A DNA stretch of 62,703 nt, filler included, from Chiloscyllium plagiosum (GCF_004010195.1; 3 parts of one record of this genome joined end to end with filler, not necessarily neighbours in it); one strand, 5' to 3'; counted from the first letter of the whole stretch, positions 48,901 through 61,599 are shown. Numbers and translations: made by a program. The notes: a model not told the origin generated them from the letters alone.

Positions 48901-49331
48901 TCAAGTGTATCTTAGTTTGCTGAGGAAAGTACATAGTGGGAACTCTGGCCACTATCTTCCAATCCTTTAATATGGGGTGCTGGTAGAGAACCGAAGGATA
49001 TAAATGTCAGACTCCATTTACATATGGGGAGCTGGTAACGAATTGAGTAAGCTGTGTTTGAACATGACCATTTTTAATTTGTGCTGTCAGTGCAACAGTA
49101 AATGGAATGGGAAGTATTTTCCAATCAAGCAACATCAAGTGCCTACTGATGAACAAAGGGAATTACTACTTAGGATGTGAACATAGAATTACATGGAGCA
49201 ACTTTAATCAGATTTTCAAGAATAAATTTACTCTGTGATCAGAATTGAGCTCAAATTATGCCAATGTAGGTTTTGTGGAATTCTTTGATTTTTTGCATAA
49301 CAATCAAGTGACTCTCTTCCCTGTGCTTCAG

Positions 49332-49421
49332 CTTTGCAGAAGGTTTCCGGTCTGAACAGAAAGATGATGTCCTAAACATTTTCTCTGTTGCATCAGGACA
49401 TCTTTATGAGCGATTTTTGAG
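49332..49421 (+). CDS. UGGT2: UGGT2 exon at the start of the GT24 catalytic domain (SFAEGFRSEQKDDVLNIFSVASGHLYERFLR)
   Basis: ctcttccctgtgcttcAG acceptor, AG|GTTAGT donor; 90 nt; contains the invariant UGGT motif NIFSVASGHLYERFLR. Confidence 0.96.
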
Positions 49422-50328
49422 GTTAGTTGATGACTAATTGTTTCCAATATTAATATTCCAATATTGGTCAGGGAGAGTGAAGAAGAGTCTGGAGATATGC
49501 TATTACCAGGAACGTGGTGACTACCCAATCAAATGATCAGCCTGACCAGTGGGAAGGAAATGTGGAAATAATTTGAATTATAGGTAGGGGTGAAAGTGGG
49601 GTTTGCATGTTATCATTTGGGAAGGCTGGTGAGGTCAGCAACTGGAATGCATGGCTGGAGATTGGGCAGGTTGAGGCTAAAACCTTCTTGTCAGCATGAG
49701 GAAGGACACCCCTCCCCCTTTAGATTTTAAAAGAATCAAGGGTTAAGAGGGAAGGGGGAATATGGCATTCCCTCTTATCTCCTAGTTTCCATGTTTCTAT
49801 ATATCTGATACAACTCCAGAAGAAAGCAACTCAAATGATTGATACTCCATTCACCACCTTCAACATTCATTTTCTCTATCTCTGATTCTCAGTAACAGCT
49901 GATGGATATTGATGGATCTTTTAAATCTAATTTGTATGGTGGTCCACTCTCTGTGGAGTGATCCAATCAGTCCTACTTCCTGTTCTATTCCCTAGCTCAG
50001 CAATTTGTTTTTCTAAAAGCCATCAATTTTCTTTTGAAATTATTGATTTCCACTTGCACAGCTATTAGACTGTACATGCCACATCATTGCCATTTTTTGC
50101 ATAAAATGACACATCCCTTGAGTCTCTTGCAAAAGCCTTAAATCTTGTACTCTTAGTCTTTTTACATTCCACCTTACAGCTTATCTGTGCCTATGTTTGC
50201 TTGTCCCAAACTGTCATAATCTTGTACCTCTCTTTAGTCTCTTTCTTTGAAGGTGAGTAATTCCAGGATTATGCTGTTCTAACAAATATAATAGCACAGT
50301 AGCTCAATGGTTAGCATTGTTGCCTCAA

Positions 50329-51596
50329 GTTAGACAAGTAAGAGGCTGGACGAACACAGCAAACCAGGCGGCATCAGGAGGTGGAGAAGTCGACATCTCA
50401 GATGTAACCCTTCTTCCAGACTGGGGGTGGGTGTAAAGGGAGCTGTAGATAAGGCATGGGAGGTTATTTGAAATTGGAGAACTTGATGTTGATTCCTCCA
50501 GGCTGTAGGCTGCCCAGGTGGAAGATGAGGTGTTGTTCCTCCAATTTACAGTTCAGTGGGGTTGGTGGGAAGAGTGGCATAAACCAGTGATTGGTGATGG
50601 GAACGGTCCTTGTGGAAGGCAGACAGGTTGGGGAAGGGAGTGGTGGTGGTGGTGGTGTCTAGTTGGAGTTGGTGGAAATAATTAAGGAAAATGCGTTGGA
50701 TGCGCAGACTGGGAGGGGGGCATAGGTGAGGACAAAGGGGACTCTGTCTTTATTGTGTTTGTGGGGAAGAGGGGTTTAGAGCAGTGGAACAGGGAATGGA
50801 GGTGATGCAGTGGAGGGAAACCATTCCCTTCGTCAATCCTTGGTTTGTGACACTCACCNNNNNNNNNNNNNNNNNNNNNNNNNNNNNACACACACACACC
50901 AGCTGCCTTCCCCTGCAACCAGAAAAGGTACAAAAGCTGCCAGCACACCACCCCCTCACCTCCATCCAGGGCCCCAAATAGTCCTTCCAGGAGAGACAGC
51001 GGTTCACCAGCCTCTTCTCTAACCTAGTTTACTGTATCTAGTGCTCCCGATGTGGTCTTCTCTGCATCGGGGAGACCAAGCGTAAACGAAGAGAATGTTT
51101 CGCGGAGCATCTCAGCCGGGCCCGCAGGGGCCGAACTGACCTCCCAGTCACCACCCATTTTAATTCCCCTTCTCACTCCCCTTCCAACATGACCATCTTT
51201 GGCCTCCTCCATTGCCACAACAAATCAAACTGCAAATTGGAGGAACAACACCGCATCTTCAGCCTACAGCCCGGAGGACTCAACACTGAGTTCTCCAATT
51301 TCAAGTAACCTCCCTTCCCAGCCCCTCCCCCTCCCTTCAATTCCTTTCAGTCATCTAACAGATTCATCCCTCCCATCGACCAACCAGGTCGTACCTTCTA
51401 TCTGTCTTCACATATCCCCATCTCTCCACCCTGCCCCCCACCCCCTTTATCTGCAGCTCCCCTTACACATACGCCCAGTTCTGAAGAAAGGTTACACCCA
51501 AAATGTCAACTTCTCCACCTCCTGATGCTGCCTGGCTTGCTGCATTCTCCCATTCTCCTGCTTGTCTACCTTAGATTCCAGCATCTGCAGTTTCTT
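50329..51596. mobile_element. Penelope-like element with GIY-YIG endonuclease remnant and inverted 5' copy, inserted into an HE1 SINE
   Basis: 50900-51300 reads FPCNQKR...SNLVYCI*CSRCGLLCIGETKR...FAEHL...PVTTHFNSPSH...LEEQH (GIY-YIG); 50330-50560 is an inverted copy of the 3' repeat; ttgcctcaa on both flanks; SINE head at about 50295-50328 resumes at about 51600-51880. Confidence 0.88.
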
Positions 51597-52014
51597 TTGC
51601 CTCAAAATACCAAAGCAGTGTTATTTCCAGCCTTGGGCGACTGTCTGTGTGGAGTTTGCACATTCTCTATCTGTCTATGTCGGTTTCTGCTAGGAACTCC
51701 AGTTTCCAACATTGAAAGATGTGCAGGCTAGGTGGATTGGCCATGCTAAATTGCCCCATTGTGTGCAGGGATGTTCAGGCTAGGAGGGTTGGTTATGGTA
51801 ATGTGGGGTATGGGGAATTGTGTGCAGGGGCTGGGGCTGGATAAGATGGGCCAAATGGCCTCTTTCTGCTTTAGGGATTCTCTAACACGCGTGGGTGAAA
51901 TTATAAGTTATAAATCTCTATTCAACATCTATCTACTCATGTGTTTCATTTCTATCATGGTTCACGTCACCTTATTCTAGAACTAATGCATGTGAGTTAA
52001 TGTTTCCATTTATC

Positions 52015-52225
52015 AGGGAACCCGTTAGCTGGATGGCTGGTTTGCAATGCAGTGTAATGCCAATGGCCTGGGTTCAATTCCCATACCACCTGCTGTCACC
52101 ATGAAGGACTCTCCTTCTCAACCTCTCCCCTTGCCTGAGGTGTGGTGACCCTCAGGTTAAACCACCACCAATCACCTCTCCCCCTCTGATGAGAGAGCAG
52201 CCCTCATGGGACTATGGCAACTTAT
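52015..52225 (+). mobile_element. Distinct short tRNA-derived SINE
   Basis: A-box-like tagctggatgg, B box gggttcaattccc, unique body with strong stem cctgagg/cctcagg; no V core. Confidence 0.6.
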
Positions 52226-53396
52226 AGTATTTTTACACCTTTTACCATTTATCAACATCAAAAACTGATCTAGATCTGGAAGAAAGGTGTTTGTAATTTC
52301 AGTTTAGAAGAGTTTATAAGCAATGAGAGATCTTTAAAGAGACTGTCATTTGGATACAAATAAATTCCTTTTGAAAAAGGATAGAAATGCCATTAAGGGT
52401 TAGAGCTGTTTGGATAATTAAAAATAAATTAAGGTTAGAATGAAGCAGAAGGGTCAGCTTATGATAAATGCCTAATTGTCATTATACAATGGAAAATCAA
52501 ACTGGAAAAAAAATTGGAAGAAAACTGAACAAGGAAATGAGGGGCAAAGAGAAGTGTGGGAAGACAGTAAAAGGTAGCGTAATAGTATTCTGTAAAAGTT
52601 AAAAATGTAACATTCAAGTCAAAGGAAATTAGGTGTTGATCAAGCACCAAAAGAAAGATATTTTGTGGAGGCAGAGGGCAAAGCTAAAGCATAAAGCCCC
52701 TTCCATTTGCCTTCACTAAAGAAAAGGATGCAATGCTACAGTTAAAAAAAAAAGGCAACTTTCGGGAAAGTAGATGAGGTAGAAGTAGATAAAGAGTGTA
52801 TTTAAGGAATTTCTAGGCAATATTTTCCAATCCTCCTTGTATATGGAAAGATTAAAGGATTACAAATACTAGAAGCAAGCTCATAAGATGGAGGTGAATA
52901 AATTGCAGGCAAGTCAGCAGAGTGTTGATGGTATGGAAACAAATGTCTATAATTTGTGGCCAAATAACCTGTCATTTGGAACAGCATCAGTTAATGACAG
53001 CAACACAAATTTGTCAATGTTAAATGATGCCTGACTTATTTAATGCAATTCTTCCATTGTATAACTTAAGAGGCTTGATAAATGTAAATATACTGATAGA
53101 GACTTCCAAAAGATGTTGGATTAAATATTATGTCATAGAGATGTTAGCAAAATTTAAGATCCTGGATTAAAGGTAAATGGAAACAAAATTGACTGAGAGA
53201 TTAAAAAAAACTGTCATTGTATAAGATGGTCTTTTCGAATATTTTGTAGTTTTCGCCAGAGACCTGTACTGAGGGCAGCATTCACTTTGGTCCATATTAA
53301 TACATGGTGTATAGCAGGCACAATTCCAAAGGTTTGCAGCATATTTTAGCTAGGTGTTCATCTATGCTTTAGAATTAATATACCAAGCTGATAATG

Positions 53397-53713
53397 GGTG
53401 GCACGGTGGCACAGTAGTTAGCACTGCTGCCTCACAGCACCAGAGACCCGGGTTCAATTCCCGACTCAGGCGACTGACTGTGTGGAGTTTGCACATTCTC
53501 CCTATGTCTGCGTGGGTTTCCTCCAGGTGCTCCGGTTTCCTCCCACAATCCAAAAATGTGCAGGTCAGGTGAATTGGCCATGCTAAATTGCCCATAGTGT
53601 TCGGTAAAAGGGGTAAATGTAGGGGAATGCTTTGGGTTGCGCTTCGGCGGGTCGGTGTGGACTTGTTGGGCCGAAGGGCCTGTTTCCACACTGTAAGTAA
53701 TCTAATCTAATCT
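53397..53713 (+). mobile_element. HE1-type V-SINE, young copy
   Basis: Full head, V core, tail and (aatct)n. Confidence 0.9.
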
Positions 53714-54132
53714 AAAATAATGCTGTTAAGCAAAAGCACATAGAATTTTATAAATGGATGTACAGTGTAGGATACAAAAGCAGGGAAATAATGACAAATC
53801 CACCTGACTTGCTGTTTAGATAGTAAACATTTTAGACGGTTTAGATGAGTGCAGTAAAAAATATCAAAATAGTACCAGCAATGAGAGAGTTTCAGTTCTG
53901 TAATGAATATAGAAAATTTCTCCATAGAACAAATAAGGTGAAAGAAAGATTTAATGTAGATATTCAAAATTAAGAAGGAGTTGATGGGGAGAATCCGTAT
54001 AATTCAGGAAGAGGCCATTCAGCGCATTGAGTTTGCACCAACCCTCCTAACAGCATCTCACCCAGACACCCCTACCCGATTCCCGTTATCCTGCATTTAC
54101 CAAGCCTAATGCACCTAGACGCTATGGAGTAG

Positions 54133-54467
54133 AAAGTTAAAAATCACACAACACCAGGTTATAGTCCAACAGGTTTAATTGGAAGCACACTAGCTTTCGG
54201 AGCGATGCTCCTTCATCAGGTGATTGTGGAGGGCTCGATCGTATCATAGAATTTATAGCAAAAATTTGCAGTGTGATGTAACTGAAATTATACATTGAAG
54301 AATTGATTGTCTGTTAAGCCTTTCATCTGTTAGAATACAGTGATAGTTTCACTTCTTTCATGTGTAAATCACAAAACCCTTTTTTTTAAAGTTGCATTCT
54401 CGGATTAGCTGTTAACAATGGTGATAGCTAGACAATATGTTAACAGCTAACCCGAGAATGCAACTAT
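54133..54467 (-). mobile_element. Penelope terminal repeat (family B) folding back into the scaffold gap
   Basis: Reverse complement of the 55069-55375 repeat; begins to invert at about 54439 (gttaacagctaacccgagaatgcaac) just before the Ns. Confidence 0.85.
54188..54222 (-). ncRNA. Minimal type I hammerhead ribozyme motif (best-preserved copy)
   Basis: Minus strand CAC-CUGAUGA-A-GGAGC-AUC-GCUCC-GAAA-GC-UA-GUG: stem I CAC/GUG, perfect 5-bp stem II, palindromic AGCU, CUA cleavage triplet. Confidence 0.8.
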
Positions 54468-54567
54468 NNNNNNNNNNNNNNNNNNNNNNNNNNNNNNNNN
54501 NNNNNNNNNNNTTAATTAATTAANNNNNNNNNNNNNNNNNNNNNNNNNNNNNNNNNNNNNNNNNNNN
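54468..54567. other. Artificial scaffold join: 44 N + TTAATTAATTAA + 44 N
   Basis: Same 100-bp construct as 31008-31107. Confidence 0.95.
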
Positions 54568-55068
54568 CCAGTCTCAATACCAGAAACTTGGCTGTTTGTG
54601 CTATGTTCCCCTGAGAATCCATCACCCCCTACATTTTCCAAAACAGCATACCTGTTTGAAATGGGCATATCCACAAAGACTCCTGCCCTAGGTGCCGATC
54701 TCTCTCACCCTTCCTGGAGTTAACCCATCTATGTAACTGTATCTGAGATTTTCCCCCCTTCCTATAACTGCCATCCATTGCATACTGTTGCTGTTGCAAA
54801 TTCCTCATCGCTTCTATCTGTCTCTCCAACCGATCCATTCAATCTGATAAATTTTCAATGTGACAGGTGGAGGTTTAATGTAGATTTGAGGAAAATTCAT
54901 CCATAGTTTCCTGGAAGTGTGGAATACAATATCAAGAAGGGCAGTTGAGGTAGAAAATCTCATAATCTTTAAAAAATATTTGGATTTGTGCTTGATATGT
55001 CATAACATTCAGGCTATGGGCCAAGTGCTGCAAAGTGGGAGAAATGTAACTTTAGACTAGTTTTTGTT

Positions 55069-55375
55069 CATATTGTCTAACTATCACCATTGTTAACAGC
55101 TAACCCGAGAATGCAACTTTAAAAAGAAGGTTTTGTGATTTACACATGAAAGAAGTGAAACTATCACTGTATTCTAACAGATGAATGGCTTAACAGATCA
55201 TCAATTTTTCAATGTATAATTTCAGTTACATCACACTGTAAATTTTTGCTATAAATTCTGTGTTACGATCAAGCCCTCCACTATCACCTGATGAAGGAGC
55301 AGTGCTCTGAAAGCTAGTGTGCTTCCAATTAAACCTGTTGGACTATAACCTGGTGTTGTGTGATTTTTAACTTTG
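55069..55375 (+). mobile_element. Penelope terminal repeat (family B) inserted in a CR1 tail
   Basis: Highly similar inverted counterpart of 54133-54440; CR1 3' sequence resumes after it (ggagtagacgtgatgggcc). Confidence 0.85.
55285..55319 (+). ncRNA. Minimal type I hammerhead ribozyme motif
   Basis: CAC-CUGAUGA-A-GGAGC-AGU-GCUCU-GAAA-GC-UA-GUG (G-U pair at the base of stem II). Confidence 0.75.
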
Positions 55376-55939
55376 TTGGAGTAGACGTGATGGGCCAAAA
55401 TGCCTCTTCTGTACCTTATGACTCTTTGATTCCATATACGGTAATCTTTTGTTTTGACTGTGCTTAGAAAAATCTTTGCCCACTGAATGTGCTTGATATA
55501 AATCATGTTTTAAGGCTTGAGATTACACTTGTTTACGTGCTAATTTGCTTCTTTCAAGGCAAGTTGTAATGTCAGCTATTGTCTTTGAGGCACAAACAAC
55601 AATAGACAGAAATACCCATTATCATAAGCATGGAACTGAACCTTTCTGTACTGATGCATTCAGATCATTTTAAAATAGCAACACCCCAACACTGCATCTC
55701 TTCCCAATGCAGGAATACTCAGAAGGGGAGTTAGCCACTTTGTTGAACTTAGAGCCTTACAGCAATACCACTGCCACTGACTTCCAGAATTTTCTGGCTA
55801 CTGCATTCTAACCAAAATTACAGCTACAAGGTTTGCAGCATCACTTCTCAATTTTGAGTACAACAATAACACCTATTGGGAAAGGAGATGCTTGCAAGGG
55901 AAAGGTTCTGTTTTTAATGAACGTGTTAGTTTCTGTTAA

Positions 55940-56632
55940 TTGTTTGTTTATTTCGAAAACTTATTTTATTAATAAAAATACCCTTTAAGTATATATTTAT
56001 GCACACACACAATCACAAATGCAGCATATCATGGAAACAAGCAAACATTGGGGTTTGACTGTATCCAATAAACCAAAGGCATCTCTTACTTGAACTAGAT
56101 TTTATGTACATATACTTGAAGTATCAGGAGAGTCCAATAACTGAACAGACCCCCATTTAACTTCAGCTGAAAGACCTCAAACAGTGGCCTTGACCGATTG
56201 TACTATGACAGTAGCTGTGCCATGCTTTATTGCATCCCTCAGCACATAGTCCTGGACCTTGGAATGTGCCAGCCTGCAACGTGGTGGGCGGCATGGTGGC
56301 ACAGTGGTTAGCACTGCTGTCTCACAGTGCCAGAGACCCGGGTACAATTCCCGCCTCAGGCGACTGACTGTGTGGAGTTTGCACATTCTCCCCGTGTCTG
56401 CGTGGGTTTCCTCCAGGTGCTCTGGTTTCCTCCCACAGTCCAAAGATGTGCAGGTCAGGTGAATTGGCCATGCTAAATTGCCCGTAGTGTTAGGTAAGGG
56501 GTAAATGTAGGGGTCTGGGTGGGTTGCGCTTCGGTGGGTCGGTGTGGACTTGATGGGCCGAAGGGCCTGTTTCCACACTGTAAGTAATCTAATCTAAAAC
56601 ACTTGATCAGGGTCAATTCCTTGTTCTGGAAG
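55940..56632 (-). mobile_element. L1/Tx1-like LINE 3' end split by an HE1 SINE
   Basis: FQNKELTLIKC (56600-56632) continues across the SINE as CRLAHSKVQDYVLRDAIKHG...KATV* followed by a 3' UTR. Confidence 0.65.
56286..56596 (+). mobile_element. HE1-type V-SINE, young copy
   Basis: Full head, V core and tail. Confidence 0.9.
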
Positions 56633-56634
56633 GC

Positions 56635-57550
56635 TGTGGGATCGTGTTCAAATAATGACCGGAGTCGGTCTTTTATTCAGCACTCACAGCACAAGTTTGA
56701 AGCTGCAATAGAATCCCAAAATACCGTTCTTACAAGAGCCCCATCATACACAATTCTTATATATATTAAAGTTGCATTACTATGGTGTTACTTTTTTATA
56801 TCTCTAGTACACAAAAGTTTGAAGGGCTTCTGTGTTAGGAGACAGGAGATGGGTTAAAACGTGTTAAGTGCTGGCTGCTATTTCTTTTGGGATTAAGAGT
56901 GTCTAGTCTGCTTGCATAATTAAGAGGTGTTAATCCTTTTGCCATTTAAATTAATAATTGTTCGTAAAAATACTAGGCCTACATACTCTGAATAAGTTAG
57001 AAATTGTATCTGTACTTCAAAAACGAATAAAGAATATTAAACGGAATACTGCAGCTGGGTAGTGAGGTTTATTTACGATTGGTATGAGTTTCATTCATTC
57101 ATGCAATTTCGTGGAAGCTCTGTTTTGCTAGATAGTTTCTTAAAGGGATAATGGCCCAGTTAAAATGTCTTTAACAGGTACATACTAATTAGGGAATCTA
57201 AACAGGTCCAGGAGACGGTTGGTAAGGGCTGATTAATATTATAATGACAATTCGTGAGACATGATGGCGGGGTTGGTATTGTTCTGCACGCTGTACTTAT
57301 TCAGAGGTAAACACTGCTTGTAGCAACGGCTGATAAGGTGTGAAAATGCAGTAATTGGTTTGAAAGGGTTGTTTTTAAATATGGACAGTAAAATATACCA
57401 CAGAACCATGGTTTTATGAATGAATGAAACTGTGTTTTAATAATTAACAAGTTAGTAAAGGGTTATGAATGAACGGGAACCCAGTATTAATGAGAAAAAG
57501 CGAGCTGGTGAGTGTGTTAATAAAGATAGCCTATAACACAATATCTCACA
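56635..57550 (-). mobile_element. 3' LTR of an endogenous retrovirus (916 bp)
   Basis: Minus strand TGTGAGAT...ATCCCACA terminal inverted repeat; TATAAAA near 56794-56800; AATAAA at 56672-56677; directly preceded by the polypurine tract AAAAGGGGGAC. Confidence 0.85.
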
Positions 57551-57561
57551 GTCCCCCTTTT
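57551..57561 (-). promoter_or_regulatory. Retroviral polypurine tract (PPT)
   Basis: Minus strand AAAAGGGGGAC directly before the TG of the LTR. Confidence 0.85.
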
Positions 57562-57689
57562 GATTCCACTGAGAGCTCTCAAAGACAATCACACAATCCT
57601 TATCCTGGCTCAAAAAAACCACTTGGGTCTCTTAGGTGATGGAGGGGCTTTCAGGGACATGGCTTGTAATTGGGGATGGTTCACAACAG

Positions 57690-59360
57690 CCTATTGGCAA
57701 ATGGTACTTTATAAAAGAGAAAACAACATACACAGCTGGAAAAACAATCATAACCATCGGGTGAAGTCCCAGCGGATTGGAAAGTTATTAATGTTGTCCC
57801 TTTGTTTAAGAAGAGTAGCAGGGATAATCCAGGTAATTATAGACCGGTTAGCCTGACATCAGTGGTAGGGAAGCTGCCGGAGAAGATACTGAGGCATAGG
57901 ATCTATTTACATTTGGGTTTATCAGTGATACGCAACATGGTTTTGTGCAGGGAAGATCATGTCTTACCAACTTTATAGAATCCTTTGAGGAAGTGATAAA
58001 GTTGATCAATGAGGGAAGAGTTGTAGATGTCATATACATCGACTTTAATAAGGCGTTTGATAAGGTTCCCATTGTAGGCTGATGGAGAAGGTGAAGTTGC
58101 ATGGGATCCAGGGTCTACAGGCTAGATGGGCTACAGGCTATGGGCTAACTGGCTGGGCTACGGGAGACAGAGAGTAGTAGTGGGAGTTTCTCAAAATGGA
58201 GACCTGTGACTAGTGATTTCCCACAGGGATTCGTACTTGGACTACTGTTATTTGTGATATACATAAATGATATGGAGGAAGGTATAGGTGATCTGATTAG
58301 CAAGATTGCAGATGACACTATGATTGGTGGAGTAGCAGATAGTGAAGGGACTGTCAGAAAATACAGCAGAATATGGGTAGATTGGAGAGTTGGACAGAGA
58401 AATGGCAGATGGAGTTCAATCTGGGCAAATGTGAGGTGATGCATTTTGGAAGATCCAATTCAAGAGTGAACTATATGTTAAATGGAAAAGTCCTGGGGTA
58501 AAGTGATGTACAGAGGGATCTGGGTGTTCAGGTCCATTGTTCCTTGAAAGTGGCAATGCAGGTCAAGAAGGCATACGGTATGTTTTCTTCATTAGACGGG
58601 ATATTGAATACAAGCATTGGCAGGACATGTTACAGTTGTATAAGACTTTGGTTCAGCCATATTTGGAGTACTGCATACAGTTCTGGTCGCCATATTACCA
58701 AAAAGATGTGGATGCTTTGGAGGTGGTACAGAGGAGGTTCACCAGGATGTTGCTGGTATGGAGGGCACAACCTGAAGAGAGGTTGAGTAGATTAGGATTA
58801 TTTTCATTAGAGAGACAGAGGTTGAGGTGGGACCTGATTGAGGTTTACAAAATCATGGGAGGTATGGACAGGATGGATGGCAAGAAGCATTTTCCCTAAG
58901 TGGGGGACTCAATTATTAGGGATCACAAGTTCAAAGTGAGAGGGGAAAAGTTTAGGGGAGATATGTGTGGAAAGTTCCTTACACAGCAGGTGGTGGGTGC
59001 CGGGAATGCGTTGCCAGCAGAAGTGACAGAAGCGGGTAGGATAGCATCATTTAAGATGTACCTAGACAGATACATGAATGAGAGGGAGCAAAGAGATATG
59101 GAACCTAAGAAAATAAGTGACAGGTTTAGAAAGAGACCTGGAACGGCACAGGCTCAGAGGGTCAAAGGGCCTGTTCCTGTGCTGTAATTTTCTTTGTTCT
59201 TCATTGTGAGTTCCTGCATAATTGAGGTTCCTAAGGACCCACATAATGGAGTTTCCGGATCTTTTCAACCTCCTTCCTGATACAGTCAGCCAGATTAGTA
59301 ATACTTTCAGAGTTATCTGGAATATAGGTGCAGCATTCAGTGACAATCAGGACACACGCT
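57690..59360 (-). pseudogene. env: ERV env TM subunit remnant (split by a CR1 at 57759-59202)
   Basis: From 59356 downward: CVLIVTECCTYIPDNSESITNLADCIRKEVEKI (CX6CC motif of gamma-type TM). Removing the CR1 gives GSLGTSIMQELTMVMIVFPAVYVVFSFIK, a membrane anchor, followed by PPT and LTR. Confidence 0.85.
57759..59202 (+). mobile_element. CR1 LINE RT and 3' tail inserted in ERV env
   Basis: GEVPADW, GRSCLTNFIE, SKIADDT, YLEYCIQFWSPYY; same subfamily as 23190-26175. Confidence 0.92.
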
Positions 59361-59384
59361 ATTCCAGCAACACATTTTCAGCTC

Positions 59385-59695
59385 CCCCCACCTTACCCCA
59401 GTTCCAACCATCAAACTCGGCACCACCCTCATGACCTGTCCCACCTCTCCATTTTCCTTCCCACCTACCCGCTCTACCCTCCCCTCTGATCTATCACCAT
59501 TACTCACACCTCAATTTACCTATCGCACTCTCAGCTACCTTCCCCCAAGTCCCACCCCCCCCCTCCCATTTATCTCACCATCCCCTCAGCTCACAAACCT
59601 CATTCCTGATGAAGGGCTCTTGCCTGAAACGTCGATTCTCCTTGCTCCTCGGATGCTGCCTGACCTGTTGTGTTTTTCCAGCACCACACTCTCGA
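59385..59695 (+). mobile_element. Penelope terminal repeat (family A) with hammerhead core at 59606-59633
   Basis: CTGATGA-AGGGC-TCTT-GCCT-GAAA-CG-TC; inverted relative to the copies at 61030 and 62275. Confidence 0.82.
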
Positions 59696-59696
59696 A

Positions 59697-61560
59697 ATGA
59701 TAAATGAGGCCTTGCAAAACTCAGACCTCATCCTATACACCGACGGACACTCTTTCATGGAGAAGGGTATAAGGAAAGCCAGCTGGGCTGTCACCACACT
59801 CCACACCATCATGACATAGAAGGCCTATCCTCTGGAGCATTGGCACAGCAAAGCGGCTCTGACTGAAGCCTGCAAAATAGCAGCGAATCAGTCTGCCAAC
59901 ATTTATACAGACTCCTGGTATGCTTTTGGGACTGCCTATGACTTTGGCCAATTATGGAAACAGCTGGGTTCCTAATGGCTGCAGTAATCCCTATCAGAAA
60001 TGGGAAACAAGTCAAGGACTTGCTGGAAGCTCTCCAGCTGCCCAAAAAAGTGGCCATATTAAAGCACAAAGCCCACACTAATGATAACATGATAGAAGCA
60101 CAGAGTAATGCACTGGCAGATCAGGTGGCCAGAAGAGCTGCCTCCAATCATTCCTACCGAGAGCCTCAAGCGCACATCTGCCGGCTCGACATTGAAACTG
60201 CAAATCAAAATCTGAAAGTTCCCAGGGAGAGAAGTGGGAATGGATTAAAAATGGACATAGAGTGTGTGAGGATGGAGTTTGGAGACATCAGGAATCAAAT
60301 CAATCAGTTGCACACACTGGCTTGATGCCATACCTAACACAACAAATTCATTCCTGGGAATATTTGGGGCCTGAACAAATGATAGCCCAGTTCCAGCACA
60401 GCTGGGGCGATCAAGGCTTCAAAAACTATGCCCAAGCAGTAGTGGGCCGCTTCCTCACTTACCAGTAGAACAACCCCGGAACCAAAGTGCAAGTTCCCCA
60501 ACTGAAAGCACTGGCGCCTCCGGGGCCGTTCCAGCGCTTGCAGGTTGATTATTTCTCACTCCCACGCTGTCAAGGCTATTCAGATGTCCTGGTAATTTGG
60601 AAAGGTTTTTCAGGTGGATGGAAGCTGTTCCTGCAAGGAAAGGCACAGCCAATCACACAGCCAAAGTACTGTGTAAGGACTATATACCCCGGCGGGGATC
60701 ACCCATCAGCATTGACTTGGACCAGGGACATACTTCACGGGAACAGTATGTCAAAACGTTTGCTGGCTGTTGAGAATTGACTGGAACGTTCACTATCCCT
60801 ATCAGCCACAAGCATCAGGGGAGGTATAAAGAATGGATCAGATTCTGAAACAGCGATTCTAAACACCACCAGGAAGGAATGCCCTGACCCCAGGCTCAAC
60901 TGATAGCTTTGTGCAGCATCAGGGCTACCGACAACAAAATGACAAGTCTGAACCCATTTGATATAGTGACAGACAGGCTAATGTCCCTATCCAGGACAAT
61001 AGAGGGCTGACTGTCATCTTATGAGAGATGAAGAGAAAATGAGGGCTGCAGATGCTGGAGATCAGAGCTGAAAATGTGTTGCTGAGAAAGCGCAGCAGGT
61101 CAGGCAGCATCCAAGGAACAGGAGAATCGACGTTTCAGGCATAAGCCCTTCTTCAGGAATGAGGAAAGTGTGTCCAGCAGGCTAAGATAAAAGGTAGGGA
61201 GGAGGGACTTGGGGGAGGGGCGTTGGAAATGCAATAGATGGAGGGAGGTCAAGGTGAGGGTGATAGGCCGGAGTGGGGTGGGGGCGGAGAGGTCAGGAAG
61301 AAGATTGCAGGTTAGGGAGGCGGTGCTGTTAACCTATTATCAAGCACTAACAGATGCTACAAGTTCTGCTTCCTCTCAGGTATTGGTTGCTTGGATTGAC
61401 TCGCAGGAGAGAGGTCATGACAGTGTATCAGGCGAATGGGCTCTTGTAAAAAAAGGTCCACAAGGAACCCTTAGGTGCAAAGTGGGAAGGACCATGTCAG
61501 GTGCTGCTGATCATCTGTCAAGATTCGAGGAAAGAAGGCCTGGATTCACGCCTCGCACAT
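59697..61560 (+). pseudogene. pol: ERV pol remnant: RNase H and integrase (class I, gamma/epsilon-like), frameshifted
   Basis: RNase H: DLILYTDGHSF, ALTEAC, ANIYTDSWYAFG..YDFGQLW..GFL, LLEALQLPKKVAILKHKAH, NALADQVARRAA. Integrase: PPGPFQRLQVDY, FSGWMEA.P, IDLDQG, HYPYQPQASG.V.RM. Confidence 0.92.
61030..61328 (-). mobile_element. Penelope terminal repeat (family A) inserted in the ERV integrase
   Basis: gagatcagagctgaaaatgtgttgc...gacgtttcaggcataagcccttcttcagg; hammerhead-like core on the minus strand. Confidence 0.85.
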
Positions 61561-61599
61561 CAAGTGGGCACCTCACAGTGCATCGGAGCACAAGACTGA

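Noticed and set aside
52186..52210. CTGATGA-GAG...CTC as another hammerhead
   Set aside because: No GAAA box or NUH site follows the putative stem II.
54133..55375. One large element with 300-bp terminal inverted repeats spanning the gap
   Set aside because: The arms are on different sides of an artificial join; the right copy is separately inserted in a CR1 tail and the left copy starts its own fold-back before the gap.
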